In this document: piece by piece, positions 49,237 to 60,068 of the stretch
Layout: each line of letters opens with the position of its first letter
How positions within the stretch are numbered: the stretch's first letter is position 1
NCBI GenBank assembly: GCA_963668625.2
Contig: CAXXKA010000010.1
Location: 64,001-128,000 of the forward strand
Length of the DNA: 64,000 nucleotides
Origin: an uncultured candidate division Zixibacteria bacterium
GTDB lineage: Bacteria > Zixibacteria > MSB-5A5 > UBA10806 > 4484-95
Reading direction: 5' to 3'
Notes under the pieces: generated by a model
What the model was told of the DNA's origin: nothing
What the model saw: the letters and a program-made list of their open reading frames with translations, nothing else
Databases searched by the model: none
Position numbers and translations under genes: made by a program

Positions 49237-50925
49237 ATGATTAAGATAACTTTAAGCAAAGCGCTCCTGGTCTTATTGCTTTTGCTACTCGCGCTATCAT
49301 CTAGTTGTAAATCACTCGAGGAAAAGATAGTTCGTTACCTGGATGCCGCCCATCAAAACTGGAAATTCGAGGGGACAGTACTTATCGCTTATCACGGCAA
49401 GGTTGTTTTCAGTAGGGGATACGGATACGCGAATCAGGAGATAGGCCGGTCCAATACGACTCGAACGAAATTCTTCATCGGATCTATCACGAAGCAATTC
49501 ACAGCCGCCGCGATATTGAAACTTCAAGAGGATGGGCTTCTCGATGTCAGCGATCCGATTTCGCACTACCTTCCCGATTACCCTAAACCGAACGCCGATA
49601 AAATAACCATTCATCACCTGTTAACCCATGGCTCGGGCATTCCTGATTACCTTAGCAATCCTGAAATTCTGCTCAGGAGAACCAGGGAGATCGAAATCGA
49701 TAATCTGATGAAGGCGATAATTAACGAAAAACTGCTGTTCGAGCCGGGTACGGGTTTTAGCTACAGCAATTCGAATTATATAATACTCGGCGCGATTATC
49801 GAGAAAGTATCCGGGCAGTCCTACGAGGCGTATCTCCATAACAAGATATTCAAACCTGCCGGGATGTTAAATTCCGGGTACGCGCGAAGAGAGGCTGGCC
49901 TTCCGGATAGAGCCGATGGTTACACGATCGAGGAACATGGCAAACTTTTGGAGGCCTTGCCCGTACATTTTTCGATTTTGCACACGGCCGGGGCGCTGTA
50001 TTCGACCGTTGAGGATATGTTAAAATGGGATCGGGCGTTATATGATGATAAAATCTTAACCAGTGGATCGGTTAAAGCTATGCTTACGCCGTATACTAAC
50101 GGTTATGGCTATGGCTGGGTTATTGAAAATAAATATGGTCGTGTACACGCGTTTCACGGCGGGTTCGTGGATGGTTACAACTGCACTTTTGACAGGTGGC
50201 TTGATGATGAGCTTTGTGTTGTGGTGTTCAGCAATGAGGACGAGGCGCCGGTCAAGAAAATAGCGCGAGGGCTGGCGGCGATAGCGTTTGGCATGGACTA
50301 TGTCTTCCCGATCAGGAAAACTCCTATAGATAACGAACATATCGATCCGGGGCAGTATGCCGGTATATACCGGATAGATGATAATTTATATAGGTACGTC
50401 ACTCAAGAAAACGACAGTTTATATACGAACCTCCTCGCTCAGCCACGACAGTTGTTGCTGCCTCAAGCACCCGATACTTTTTATTTCATGCTCGATAATA
50501 CCGAGTTATTGTTTTTCGTTAGAAACGATCACGGCGATATAATCGAATGCTTTTTCGAGGATGACCTGGGGGCGATAAAAGCTGAGCTACTGGATAGAAG
50601 TATAAGTGACAGCCTGATGAACGCCAAAAAGGAAATAGTATTACCTCTGGGTATAAGTAAAAAATATGTCGGTATATACCAGTTGGAATCGGAGTTCGCC
50701 GATAGCAATTTGAATTTTACGCTTGAGATAATGTATGCGGGTGGAAAACTAATTGCCGGCGTGATGGGTGAGGATTTCGTCGAGATGTTTCCGGCATCCC
50801 AAACCGAGTTCTTCCACAGGGTTGCCGATTTCAGGATCGAATTTATTCTGGATATTAACTCCGAGGTAACGGGCTGTATTATTAAAATGGGCGGGGATGA
50901 TATCTATGGACGGAAAATCCGGTAG
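49237..50925 (+). CDS. Serine hydrolase (AmpC/beta-lactamase family) lipoprotein with C-terminal DUF3471-like domains
   Basis: GSITK (SxxK), LLTH.SG, YSN, HGG; lipobox-like SSSC. Confidence 0.85.
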   Translation: MIKITLSKALLVLLLLLLALSSSCKSLEEKIVRYLDAAHQNWKFEGTVLIAYHGKVVFSRGYGYANQEIGRSNTTRTKFFIGSITKQFTAAAILKLQEDGLLDVSDPISHYLPDYPKPNADKITIHHLLTHGSGIPDYLSNPEILLRRTREIEIDNLMKAIINEKLLFEPGTGFSYSNSNYIILGAIIEKVSGQSYEAYLHNKIFKPAGMLNSGYARREAGLPDRADGYTIEEHGKLLEALPVHFSILHTAGALYSTVEDMLKWDRALYDDKILTSGSVKAMLTPYTNGYGYGWVIENKYGRVHAFHGGFVDGYNCTFDRWLDDELCVVVFSNEDEAPVKKIARGLAAIAFGMDYVFPIRKTPIDNEHIDPGQYAGIYRIDDNLYRYVTQENDSLYTNLLAQPRQLLLPQAPDTFYFMLDNTELLFFVRNDHGDIIECFFEDDLGAIKAELLDRSISDSLMNAKKEIVLPLGISKKYVGIYQLESEFADSNLNFTLEIMYAGGKLIAGVMGEDFVEMFPASQTEFFHRVADFRIEFILDINSEVTGCIIKMGGDDIYGRKIR

Positions 50926-50965
50926 CAGGAAGTTAAAGTAATTTACCGTCCGGCGGTTGATACCC

Positions 50966-51151
50966 TCAACTGATATTAATCCTGTAGCCGACACGCCTTA
51001 TAGCCTCGATATACCTGCCGTATTTGCCAGGCTTCCTTCTCAAAGAAACCATCTGTACGTCGATTATTCTGTCGGCGGCCAGGTATCCTTTATGCCTTAT
51101 GGCCACCAATAGCTGTTTACGGGAAAATACCCATCTGGGTTTATTGGCCAA
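50966..51151 (-). pseudogene. Remnant of an OmpR/PhoB winged-helix C-terminal domain
   Basis: WVFSRKQLL...DRIIDVQMVSLRRK...YIEAIRRVGYR; no receiver domain; Pro where LRxKL has Leu. Confidence 0.65.
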
Positions 51152-51288
51152 CCATGCTTTCTTTGTTGAATGAAATAAACGAAGCCGTAAAATAAAATGT
51201 TATCCGAAGCTATAAGCGCCTGTCTAGGGGATTATCCTGGATTGAGCCTGAATTACTCGTTAACTAACTTGTCGATATTCGAACCCAT

Positions 51289-53166
51289 CTACTCTGTTGA
51301 TGCCGTTTTGTTTTCCTGATAAAAACAGCTGATCTCATCAATGACCGTTTTTAGCATATGCGGGGATGGCGCGGGCGCTTTGATGTTCACATCATATAAT
51401 TTATATTTTTTAACGTACATCGGATAAATTTCATAGACATTATCACCGAATATGAACGCGTGATTAATATAGTTTCTGGATACAATCGGTCTTTCTTTCA
51501 ATTGCTTTTCGAATAAGTACCTGCCGTTACTGTAATCTTTCATGTCATTCGTGCATCCATAAATATCGCGCATTATTGTTGGAATGATATCGATGTGAGT
51601 AGTAGGGTAATTGATTACTTGCGGTTCTTTACCTGGTATGTAAACAACCAGCGGAACCATTACCTGGTATTTGGTGAAATTGCTGCCATGCCCCCAGTAA
51701 TTGGCTCGATTATCATTCAGCTCATCGGAATGATCCGTAGAAATGATAATGATCGTATTTTCCATTCCACCGAGCGAACAAACCTCCTGCAATATTTTGC
51801 CTATCAGAGCGTCTACGTAGTGGGTAGCATTTTTATAATCATTCATGTATGGTTCCGGATCAGTATCATCGTCAGTCAGAATAAAATTAATATTAGCAGC
51901 TGGCAGGAATATCGAATCATCCTCAGGGTAATCATAAGGGAAGTGATCGGATTTGTAAAATGCGAATGCCATATACGGAGATTGAGTTTCAGCCTGCTCG
52001 TGAATAAACTCGATCGTTTTACGCGTTAGATCTTCATCCTGCTCAACGATTGATTTTCCGGCGAATGATTCGTCGACCTCGATTCCTCGAAATATCGTGT
52101 CTTTAATTTTGTGCCGATTAAAATTCGATTTGGCGTATACTCCGAATGAGTAATCGTTTTCCTCCAGCATATCTATGAATACCGGGTTATCTATCATCGA
52201 ACTGTTTGCTTTAACCGAGGTCCAGTAAGTTGGATGGATTGCATAAAAAAATCCGAAAATCCCCGATACAGTGGAGTTCCCCGAACTGAAATGATTGTTA
52301 AACACCGATGATTTTTGCCCGAGCTCGTATATGTTAGGAGTGATCTCCTCGGTCATTGCATCGAAACGCCAACTTTCCAGGAAAATAACGAGTATGTTGG
52401 GATTATCGTACTCCGTGGATTGTCTAAATTCTAAATCCCTGCGTGGATAGTTCAACGAACTATTCTTTTCCGCGATATCTTGTTCGATCGGTTCATCCGA
52501 CAATGGCAGGAGATCTCCGTATTTTCTGGCATCCCTGCGTGAGATGATTGGAATATATAAAGGAAGATGAGGTGTTATGCCGGTAATTCTAATATCGTTT
52601 TTTTCGTACGCTACTATATGAATAACCTGACTGATCGCAAATGCAGATATCACTATAATTAAAAATGTAACAACCAAATATTTCACTTTTTTGATTTTGT
52701 GACTGATTTTTAAGATTCCTATTTCAAGGGCTATGACTGCGAGAAAAACTAAAAATACGTTTCGAAACGTAGACGCAGGTAAGCCGAATCCATCATGATC
52801 GTTAATAATAACTTCCAGCCAGAAAAGGTCTATATGAAGTTTGGAAATTAAATAAACGAAATGATCGACTAATAAATAGTAAATATATATAGAGATAATA
52901 GCTATAATCGAAAATATCCTTATTGGCTTGACCGGGTAAAAAATGAAAAATGGAATTGATGTTAGCAAGAAGATCACTAAAACGTAATATCCGATTATTA
53001 CGCAAAACAGGTAAAAAAACTGAAACAAGCTGAAGTCGGGATGTTTAATATTAGAAATGAGAAGTAAAAATATCACCGGCACGTTCAACAGCAGAACCAT
53101 TATCAAGTTTCGGTACTGGTCAGCGAAATTATGAACGTTTAATTTCGAGAAAAAACCGTCTAACAT
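51289..53166 (-). CDS. YejM/PbgA-like membrane-anchored sulfatase-fold protein
   Basis: Five N-terminal TM segments, PLYIP, LNYP, ESWRFD, HFSSGNST, STDH, NYWGHGSNF, TTHIDIIPT. Confidence 0.8.
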   Translation of the reverse strand: MLDGFFSKLNVHNFADQYRNLIMVLLLNVPVIFLLLISNIKHPDFSLFQFFYLFCVIIGYYVLVIFLLTSIPFFIFYPVKPIRIFSIIAIISIYIYYLLVDHFVYLISKLHIDLFWLEVIINDHDGFGLPASTFRNVFLVFLAVIALEIGILKISHKIKKVKYLVVTFLIIVISAFAISQVIHIVAYEKNDIRITGITPHLPLYIPIISRRDARKYGDLLPLSDEPIEQDIAEKNSSLNYPRRDLEFRQSTEYDNPNILVIFLESWRFDAMTEEITPNIYELGQKSSVFNNHFSSGNSTVSGIFGFFYAIHPTYWTSVKANSSMIDNPVFIDMLEENDYSFGVYAKSNFNRHKIKDTIFRGIEVDESFAGKSIVEQDEDLTRKTIEFIHEQAETQSPYMAFAFYKSDHFPYDYPEDDSIFLPAANINFILTDDDTDPEPYMNDYKNATHYVDALIGKILQEVCSLGGMENTIIIISTDHSDELNDNRANYWGHGSNFTKYQVMVPLVVYIPGKEPQVINYPTTHIDIIPTIMRDIYGCTNDMKDYSNGRYLFEKQLKERPIVSRNYINHAFIFGDNVYEIYPMYVKKYKLYDVNIKAPAPSPHMLKTVIDEISCFYQENKTASTE

Positions 53167-53359
53167 CTAAATTCTTTCCACTAGCTAATTCGATTGTCCA
53201 AAAATTACTTACTCCACTAATCGAATATTTCTGTTTCGAGGTTTACATACACGTTAAAATAATAGTGCTCCTCGTATCGGAATTCCTCGAACATCTCCGA
53301 TTCCTGGTCTAGTGGATACTTATTTTATATAAGTAATCATATACGAAATCAAGTACAAT

Positions 53360-54706
53360 TTAACGTCCTGTTATCTGCAAATATTTTGTTTTCAGTAGCA
53401 GGTAATTGGTTTTAGCATCCGTTAGTTGATCCTCCGATTGCCTGAGTAAAGCTTGAGCCTCCAACAGATCGGAAACGGTTATCAAGCCGTTTTCGTAACT
53501 ATCATCATTAACTTTCAAATTCTCCTCCGCCTGTTCTTTGGATTCTTCGCTAAGCAGGTACTGAGTATAGGCGTCGGTTAAATCAAGCCAGGATTTCTCG
53601 ATCTGCAATATCAGGAGTTCCGAATTATCCGAAAGATTGTTTTCGGCGATATTCTCTTTTAGATGTCTTTGATGAAGTTCGTGTGAACCTCCCCACCAAC
53701 CCGATATTGGCATCGAAACGGTACCGAATACCATGCCAAAGTCTCGTCCCGGAGCATCATCGAGTTTCAGGTACTGGTAAGCAATACCGATTCCTGCTTG
53801 CGGAAGATACTCGCCCCATTTAATTTTCGTTCGTAGCTTCTCGGCTCTGACCGAGTATTCGAGAAGTTTATATTCAGCCCTGTTTTTCAATGCCACCGCG
53901 CTTTCTACGTAAAGATTAAAAGGCGGATCGATGGAAGCTAATTCGTTCTCGAGTATGAGTGTCGAATCGAGAGGAAAACCCAGATGCTGGTTGAAAGCCA
54001 TTCGGGCGAGATTCTTGCCGTTATTCAATTTTGACTTATTTAAAAGTATTTCGCTTTGTTTAAGTTTAACTTTCAAAACGTCATTCTTCATGACGATCCC
54101 GGAGTTATACGCATCCTCGACCTGTCTTGAAAGACTACCAAGCATTTCTTCGTATTTTTCTATCGTTCCAATTTTTTCCTCCAGAGACACTATAAGCCAG
54201 TATCGATCCTTTGTCAAAAGCGTAATCTCGTCCCTGGTCAATCTGTCCAGGGATATAGAAACTCTTTCTCCCAGAGCGGCGAGCTTGTTACCATTAACTA
54301 TTCTACCGCCGGCAAATATCGGTTGGATGATATTTATATAACCGATAGTACCCTCGTCTAAAAATCCCATTGTCGAGCCGGGAAAATAAGCGAATTGATT
54401 GGCATCGGGTAGATTGTCAGGATTACCATCATATACAGGCAGGTCCCCGCCCTCGGTCTCCATTTCCATCAAAGGTTTTTCTGACTGAAACATCACCCCG
54501 CCGGCGCTTATGCTGGGGAAGTAGTTTGTAATCGCTGATTTTTTCATCTGCCGTGCGGCTTCAATCTCCAACTCGCTATTTTTAACCCTGCCGTTATTTT
54601 CCAGAGCGAGCTTTATGCTTTCCTCTAAAGTTAGAACCTCCTGGGCGAGGCATAGATTTGCCAGTAGAGATATTATCAACAGGAAGAGAATATTATACTT
54701 TTTCAT
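53360..54706 (-). CDS. TolC-family outer-membrane efflux channel
   Basis: LTLEESIKLALENN, QPIFAGG, YENG.ITVSDLLEAQ. Confidence 0.9.
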   Translation of the reverse strand: MKKYNILFLLIISLLANLCLAQEVLTLEESIKLALENNGRVKNSELEIEAARQMKKSAITNYFPSISAGGVMFQSEKPLMEMETEGGDLPVYDGNPDNLPDANQFAYFPGSTMGFLDEGTIGYINIIQPIFAGGRIVNGNKLAALGERVSISLDRLTRDEITLLTKDRYWLIVSLEEKIGTIEKYEEMLGSLSRQVEDAYNSGIVMKNDVLKVKLKQSEILLNKSKLNNGKNLARMAFNQHLGFPLDSTLILENELASIDPPFNLYVESAVALKNRAEYKLLEYSVRAEKLRTKIKWGEYLPQAGIGIAYQYLKLDDAPGRDFGMVFGTVSMPISGWWGGSHELHQRHLKENIAENNLSDNSELLILQIEKSWLDLTDAYTQYLLSEESKEQAEENLKVNDDSYENGLITVSDLLEAQALLRQSEDQLTDAKTNYLLLKTKYLQITGR

Positions 54707-57700
54707 GCTAATTCAGCCTCCCCGACTTTGGTGTTTTCCCGCTTGTGAAAAGTATAGTAGAGAACCGGAATGACTACCAGGCAAAGCAACATTCCGGATA
54801 TCAATCCAAAACAAATAACCGATCCCAGCGGCCCCCATAAAGGCGAACGGCTTATGATCATTGGGACTACGCCTACCGCCGCCGCTGACGAGGTAAGGAA
54901 TATGGGCCGCATTCTTCGTTTAGCAGCCGCAATAGCGGCTGTCTCGGGGCTGTGTCCGTGCTCTCGGCGCAACTCCTCGGCGTATGAAATATATATTATA
55001 CCGTTACGAACGACGATTCCTATCAGTCCTATAATACCGATGAAAGCGGTCATGCTGAAAGGATAACCCGTTACGAACACTCCGAATGATGCGCCGAAGA
55101 TGCTTAAAGGTATCGTCATCATTATCAAAATTGCGATTTTTGATTTTTTGAATTGCACGAGCAGAATAAAAAAGATGATAACGATACTCGTGAATAAAGC
55201 GTAATAGAGCGGCGTCATTATTTCCGCTCCGTGTTCATGATCGCCACCATATTCGATCGATACGCCGGGTGGCAGGTTAATCTTGTCGATCAGGGTTTTT
55301 GCCGGACCGAATACTTTAGCTGTGTATATCCCCCGCTCGACATCAGACAGAACGGTAAGCGTGCGAACCCCGTTCCGTCTTACTATTTCTCCCTCTGTCC
55401 ATTCAGGCTCTATGTTGCCCAGCTGACGGACTTGAGTCGAAGATACTAAGTATGGGGATGTTACATATTGATCCAGGATATCATCGATACTGGTCTTGGT
55501 CTTTTTATCGATTTTTAGATTTACGCTTAGCTGGTAGTCACCTTCCCATACTGTCGTTACGGGGAATCCCTTGGTTCCGATCATAAGCGAGTAATCCAGT
55601 AATTGCTTGGAATAACCCATTCGGCTTACTTCATCCTCATCCAAATTTAGCCTGACAGCTTGATATGGTTGTTCGTAATCGGTTCTGACCCAGCGAGAAC
55701 CTTTGGTTTTTCTCAAAATATCGGCGACAAGCAATGATGTATTTTTTAAAACCGCTATATCGTCTCCTAAAATTCTTATCTCTATGGGCGCTTTAGCTAG
55801 GCTCATTGCGAGTTGTCGCCATTTGATAGATGCCCCGGGATTGTTTTCGCTCCGCGTATCGGTGTATTGATCCAAAATCTCTTTCGTAGCTTTCGGAGAC
55901 TCCGTAATTACCAATAACTGGCCATAGTTTTTGGAAGGAAAATTAGGCGCATATAGTGAATTAAAACGTGGCGAACTGGTACCAACGAAAGCCGCTACTT
56001 CCTCTACACGATCATCCTCGAGCAGAAGTTTTTCGATCTCCGCCATGGTCTTATCGGTTTGATCCAGAGAACTCCCCACGGGAAGGTAAACCTCAACCGC
56101 GAATTGATTACGTTCGACATTTGGGAAAGATTCCTGTGGAGTATTCGCTAATAAAAGCAAACCCACCAGAAAAGAAAGTCCGCCTATTGCTATAACAGTC
56201 TTTTTCTTCCTAAAAGATTTTTCTATAAAACCATCGTATTGTTTTTGCAGCCAATCTAAAAAGGCGCCTTTTTTGCCAAGGGCTTCGTTTTTCACGCCAT
56301 ACTTGATAAATTTGTAGCTTAACATTGGAATCAGTATAGCCGAAACATAAAGCGAGATGAAAAGGGCGTAACCGATCACGTATGGCAGAGAGAAAATGAA
56401 ATCCCCTCCCATACCGGTCATGAAAAGGGTCATGGGGGCGAAACAGAAAATAATTATCAACGTAGCCGAAAAAACCGATCCGAATAAATCCGTTACGCTT
56501 TTTGATGCCGCCTCTTTCGGAGAAATACCGCTATCCAATTTTTCCACATAGTTATCTATGATAACTATGGCATTATCTACTACCATTCCAAGTACGACGA
56601 TCAAGCCTGCTAAAGATACGGTTTGAAGAGAAAAACCGGTAATCCACATCACACCCAACGTTATTAATATTGAGGTCGGAATTGCGGATGCCGCTACGAG
56701 TGCGACTCTCCTGGGTAATAAAATCACGGTTACCAGGATCACCGATATAATAGCTATCAGGAATTCTACCAGGAAATTATATACGGCCCTCGAGACGAAG
56801 TGAGGCATATCGGAAATGATCCCGACTCGAATATCAGAGGGAACATCGATAACGAATTTATCGATTATTTTTTGAACCTCGCTGCCGTATTGCACGATAT
56901 TATGACCGGGAAGCATCTCCAGTGATACGATGAGGCTTTTTTTGCCGTTCAATCGAATATATGACTGGGGATCTTCATACTCTCTTACTATTGTCGCGAT
57001 ATCTTTTACTCGAATCACATTTCCGGTTGGATCGGAGTAGACTATCTTGTTTGCAATATCACTTTCCGTATGATAAGAAGATGGAATATGTATCGGACGG
57101 ATATATTGACCGTCGTCTATTTCCCCCGAGTAATTAACGGTACCCTCGGGATTCAATGCCAGGTATACCATTAACGGTTTAATACCGTAGTTAGTCAGTT
57201 TGGAATCATCGATATATACATTGATTACTTCCTGCTGCAATCCGAAATGTTTTACCCTTGATGTTGATGGTATTTTACGTACGGCATCTTCGAATCTCTC
57301 TACGAAAAATTCCAATTCCTTATATGTTCTCGTCTCCGATTCGATTCCTAATAGGATAGCGGAGGTATTCCCGAAATCATTATTAGCGGTAAGGGATACC
57401 ACGCCGGATGGCAACTCGCTTTTGAATTCGTTTAGGCCATGCCGAAGTTTTGCCCAGAATACTTTCGGAGCCTCCACATCCTCCTGAACCTCGACATAAA
57501 TGACCATCACGTTTTCTTTGGAAACGGAGTAGGTTTTTTCTTTGTCCACTTCCTCGTATTGGAATAAGTAGTTTTCGACCTTCTTGGTCAGTCGCTCTTC
57601 TACCTGGTTCGAGGTTGCGCCGGGATAGACGCCGATAATCAATCCCTGACGGATCGTGAATTCGGGGAACTCATCGCGCGGCATTAGGATTAATGCCACG

Positions 57701-57789
57701 ATTCCTAAAATTATCAGTACTGATGTTACTGATATAATTAGCTGTTTGTAGCGAATTATATTATCTATCAGTGTATTTTTATCACTCAT
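54703..57789 (-). CDS. RND efflux permease (AcrB/CzcA superfamily)
   Basis: GMVVDNAIV, GIVVRNGI, RMRPIFLTS; 1028 aa. Confidence 0.93.
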   Translation of the reverse strand: MSDKNTLIDNIIRYKQLIISVTSVLIILGIVALILMPRDEFPEFTIRQGLIIGVYPGATSNQVEERLTKKVENYLFQYEEVDKEKTYSVSKENVMVIYVEVQEDVEAPKVFWAKLRHGLNEFKSELPSGVVSLTANNDFGNTSAILLGIESETRTYKELEFFVERFEDAVRKIPSTSRVKHFGLQQEVINVYIDDSKLTNYGIKPLMVYLALNPEGTVNYSGEIDDGQYIRPIHIPSSYHTESDIANKIVYSDPTGNVIRVKDIATIVREYEDPQSYIRLNGKKSLIVSLEMLPGHNIVQYGSEVQKIIDKFVIDVPSDIRVGIISDMPHFVSRAVYNFLVEFLIAIISVILVTVILLPRRVALVAASAIPTSILITLGVMWITGFSLQTVSLAGLIVVLGMVVDNAIVIIDNYVEKLDSGISPKEAASKSVTDLFGSVFSATLIIIFCFAPMTLFMTGMGGDFIFSLPYVIGYALFISLYVSAILIPMLSYKFIKYGVKNEALGKKGAFLDWLQKQYDGFIEKSFRKKKTVIAIGGLSFLVGLLLLANTPQESFPNVERNQFAVEVYLPVGSSLDQTDKTMAEIEKLLLEDDRVEEVAAFVGTSSPRFNSLYAPNFPSKNYGQLLVITESPKATKEILDQYTDTRSENNPGASIKWRQLAMSLAKAPIEIRILGDDIAVLKNTSLLVADILRKTKGSRWVRTDYEQPYQAVRLNLDEDEVSRMGYSKQLLDYSLMIGTKGFPVTTVWEGDYQLSVNLKIDKKTKTSIDDILDQYVTSPYLVSSTQVRQLGNIEPEWTEGEIVRRNGVRTLTVLSDVERGIYTAKVFGPAKTLIDKINLPPGVSIEYGGDHEHGAEIMTPLYYALFTSIVIIFFILLVQFKKSKIAILIMMTIPLSIFGASFGVFVTGYPFSMTAFIGIIGLIGIVVRNGIIYISYAEELRREHGHSPETAAIAAAKRRMRPIFLTSSAAAVGVVPMIISRSPLWGPLGSVICFGLISGMLLCLVVIPVLYYTFHKRENTKVGEAELA

Positions 57790-57807
57790 TGTTATTCAGG
57801 TGCCCTT

Positions 57808-58881
57808 CTATCGATTAGCTATTTGTATTTTTGAATCGTTAACCAATTTATGTTGTCCTGAAATGACGATCAGATCACCAATAGCCAGGCCTTTTGCTAT
57901 TTCGATCCCTTCGCTCATCAGTCTGCCGATTTCGACATATTTTCTTAAAGCCCTGTCGTGGTCTTCATTGATACCGTAAACGAATGATTTGCCGTTTTCA
58001 TCGACTTGAACCGCCTGATGCGGAATAACGACCCCACTGAATACCGCTGAGGTTCGGATTCTGGCATCGCAAATCATACCTGGTTTTATGGAATGGTCTT
58101 TATTATCAATGCCTATTTTTATTTTGTAAGTATGAACTATCGGGTCTGCAACTACGCCGATCTCCTCGACTATACCCTCGAACTGCTTCTTACCCAGTGC
58201 GGCTATCGTTATTGAGGCTTTTTGCCCTTTTTTAATGAGCGCTATTTCGCTCTCGGAAATTGGCGCCCTGGCAAATACTTTATCGATTTTTACGATTTTT
58301 ATTGCCGTCACCAATGGAGAAACATTCATACCCGGTTCGATAAACCGAGCGCCCACGAATCCCTCGACAGGAGAGTATAACTTGCAATCATCGAGGTTCT
58401 TCAGGGAAATCGCTGCATTTGCCCTGGCTTGCTGCAAGCGCGTTACAGCCTCTATATACTTTATCTCAGGCAAGTTGCCGTTTTCATACATCGGTTTAAG
58501 TCTTTTAAAAGCATCTTCGGCTTGCTGTAATGTCGCCTGGGACAGATCATACATGTTACTATAAGTCGCATCATCCAATACCGCTAAAAGCTGTCCGGCC
58601 TCGATGAAATCGCCCTCGGAAACCGGTACGTCGGTAACAGTACCTTTTATGGGAAAGCCCAGGGGAATAGATTCTGATTCTTCGATGGTACCGCTGTATG
58701 CGAATGATTCCTTTTGGCTAAATCTTTCAACCTGAAGAACTTGAACTTTAATCGGAATATCGTTTAAAACGCGATCCTCCGCATGTGTATCACTTGTAAT
58801 ACAATAAAGAATCAATACGCCACCGACAAATACGGTAACTATTGATTTGAAAACTGTTTTTATTGAAATTTCCAATTTCAT
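57808..58881 (-). CDS. RND periplasmic adaptor (membrane fusion protein)
   Basis: Lipoyl-like VSEGD, LYSPVEG, KPGM, GL..GD.IV.SG. Confidence 0.9.
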   Translation of the reverse strand: MKLEISIKTVFKSIVTVFVGGVLILYCITSDTHAEDRVLNDIPIKVQVLQVERFSQKESFAYSGTIEESESIPLGFPIKGTVTDVPVSEGDFIEAGQLLAVLDDATYSNMYDLSQATLQQAEDAFKRLKPMYENGNLPEIKYIEAVTRLQQARANAAISLKNLDDCKLYSPVEGFVGARFIEPGMNVSPLVTAIKIVKIDKVFARAPISESEIALIKKGQKASITIAALGKKQFEGIVEEIGVVADPIVHTYKIKIGIDNKDHSIKPGMICDARIRTSAVFSGVVIPHQAVQVDENGKSFVYGINEDHDRALRKYVEIGRLMSEGIEIAKGLAIGDLIVISGQHKLVNDSKIQIANR

Positions 58882-58911
58882 CGATTTTCCCCACTTTATT
58901 AAAATTGTATA

Positions 58912-58927
58912 ATGTGTATATACACAT
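58912..58927. promoter_or_regulatory. Putative MarR operator
   Basis: Perfect 16-bp palindrome ATGTGTATATACACAT; a 12/16 match lies at 59430-59445 upstream of marR. Confidence 0.6.
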
Positions 58928-58942
58928 AAATTAACAAAAAAA

Positions 58943-59389
58943 TTAATTTCTTTCCAAGTTATCCAGCATCTCCTGAAGTACTGTGAGACATTTACTGACT
59001 TTATTTTCGTTTATTCCCTGATATACCGACTCACTGAATTGAAGCATGAAGGGATACATCTCACCATTCAATTGTTTGCCTGATTTAGTAAGATAGATCA
59101 ATTTTTTACGCTTATCATTCTGGCCGGGTACTCTCAAAACCAGATTAAGTTTTTCGAGGCCGTCTACCATTCGGGAAATAGTAGTTCTTTCTCTATCGGC
59201 TTTTTCTGCCAGAATACCCAGAGTTAATCCATCTTCTTTTTTCAGAATGAGCAACACTAGAACCTGTTCAAGGGTTAATTCGAGGCCCATATCATCCATC
59301 ATCTTTTTAACTTTACGTCTAAGTATAAGCCATGTATGAGCGATCGTTTTTAGAAGTTCTTCATGGCATGGTTTATATTCAAAACTCAC
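58943..59389 (-). CDS. MarR family regulator
   Basis: LT.EQ..VL, TTISRMVDGLEK, DKR...IYLT..G; GTG start with AAGGAG RBS. Confidence 0.9.
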   Translation of the reverse strand: MSFEYKPCHEELLKTIAHTWLILRRKVKKMMDDMGLELTLEQVLVLLILKKEDGLTLGILAEKADRERTTISRMVDGLEKLNLVLRVPGQNDKRKKLIYLTKSGKQLNGEMYPFMLQFSESVYQGINENKVSKCLTVLQEMLDNLERN

Positions 59390-60068
59390 TAATTCTCCTT
59401 TGCAAGGATGTAAAGGCCTTCAGTTTAATAGATGCATATACATATATAATTATCGTAAAAAGTCAAGTATATATTAATGATTTTTAAAAAATAGCATGAA
59501 ATAATTGTGAAATGTCATATAAGACTATGAAAAGCTTAGTGTTAACATATAAATATTATCGATTAAATCGGTCTATCATTTGACCAACTGATTTTATCTT
59601 CAAATATTAGGTGTAGATAAAAATATATTTCAGGTTGGCTATAAATATATAATAGCGGTAGTTGTATTCCTTCAGAGCCTACCGTGCCATTTGGGCATGG
59701 TAGGCCTTGACGGGTTACATTCATTACATAATAAACCGCAAAGCTGAACGCTAAGGAAATCAGACCCAATAACCAAACTATCTCGCAACAAGTTAACATA
59801 TTGACGCTACAAAATTGTTACAGATTTTGAATTCAATATTGATAATAACCGATTATCGTATTGTTAATGCGAAAACAAAAAAGATCGCGCTTCAGCCGCC
59901 TTTCTTACCACGTCCAGCTTCTAACAATATTGCTTTATATTTAGACTTCTATTACTGCCATTAATATTTAAAGTGGCTTATTCCCGACCTTAAATGTAAC
60001 CGACTTGCTGTTAGATTAACCATATGGCATCGGTTACTCGCTGGTTGGTTTTAATGTTGTCCCGATGT

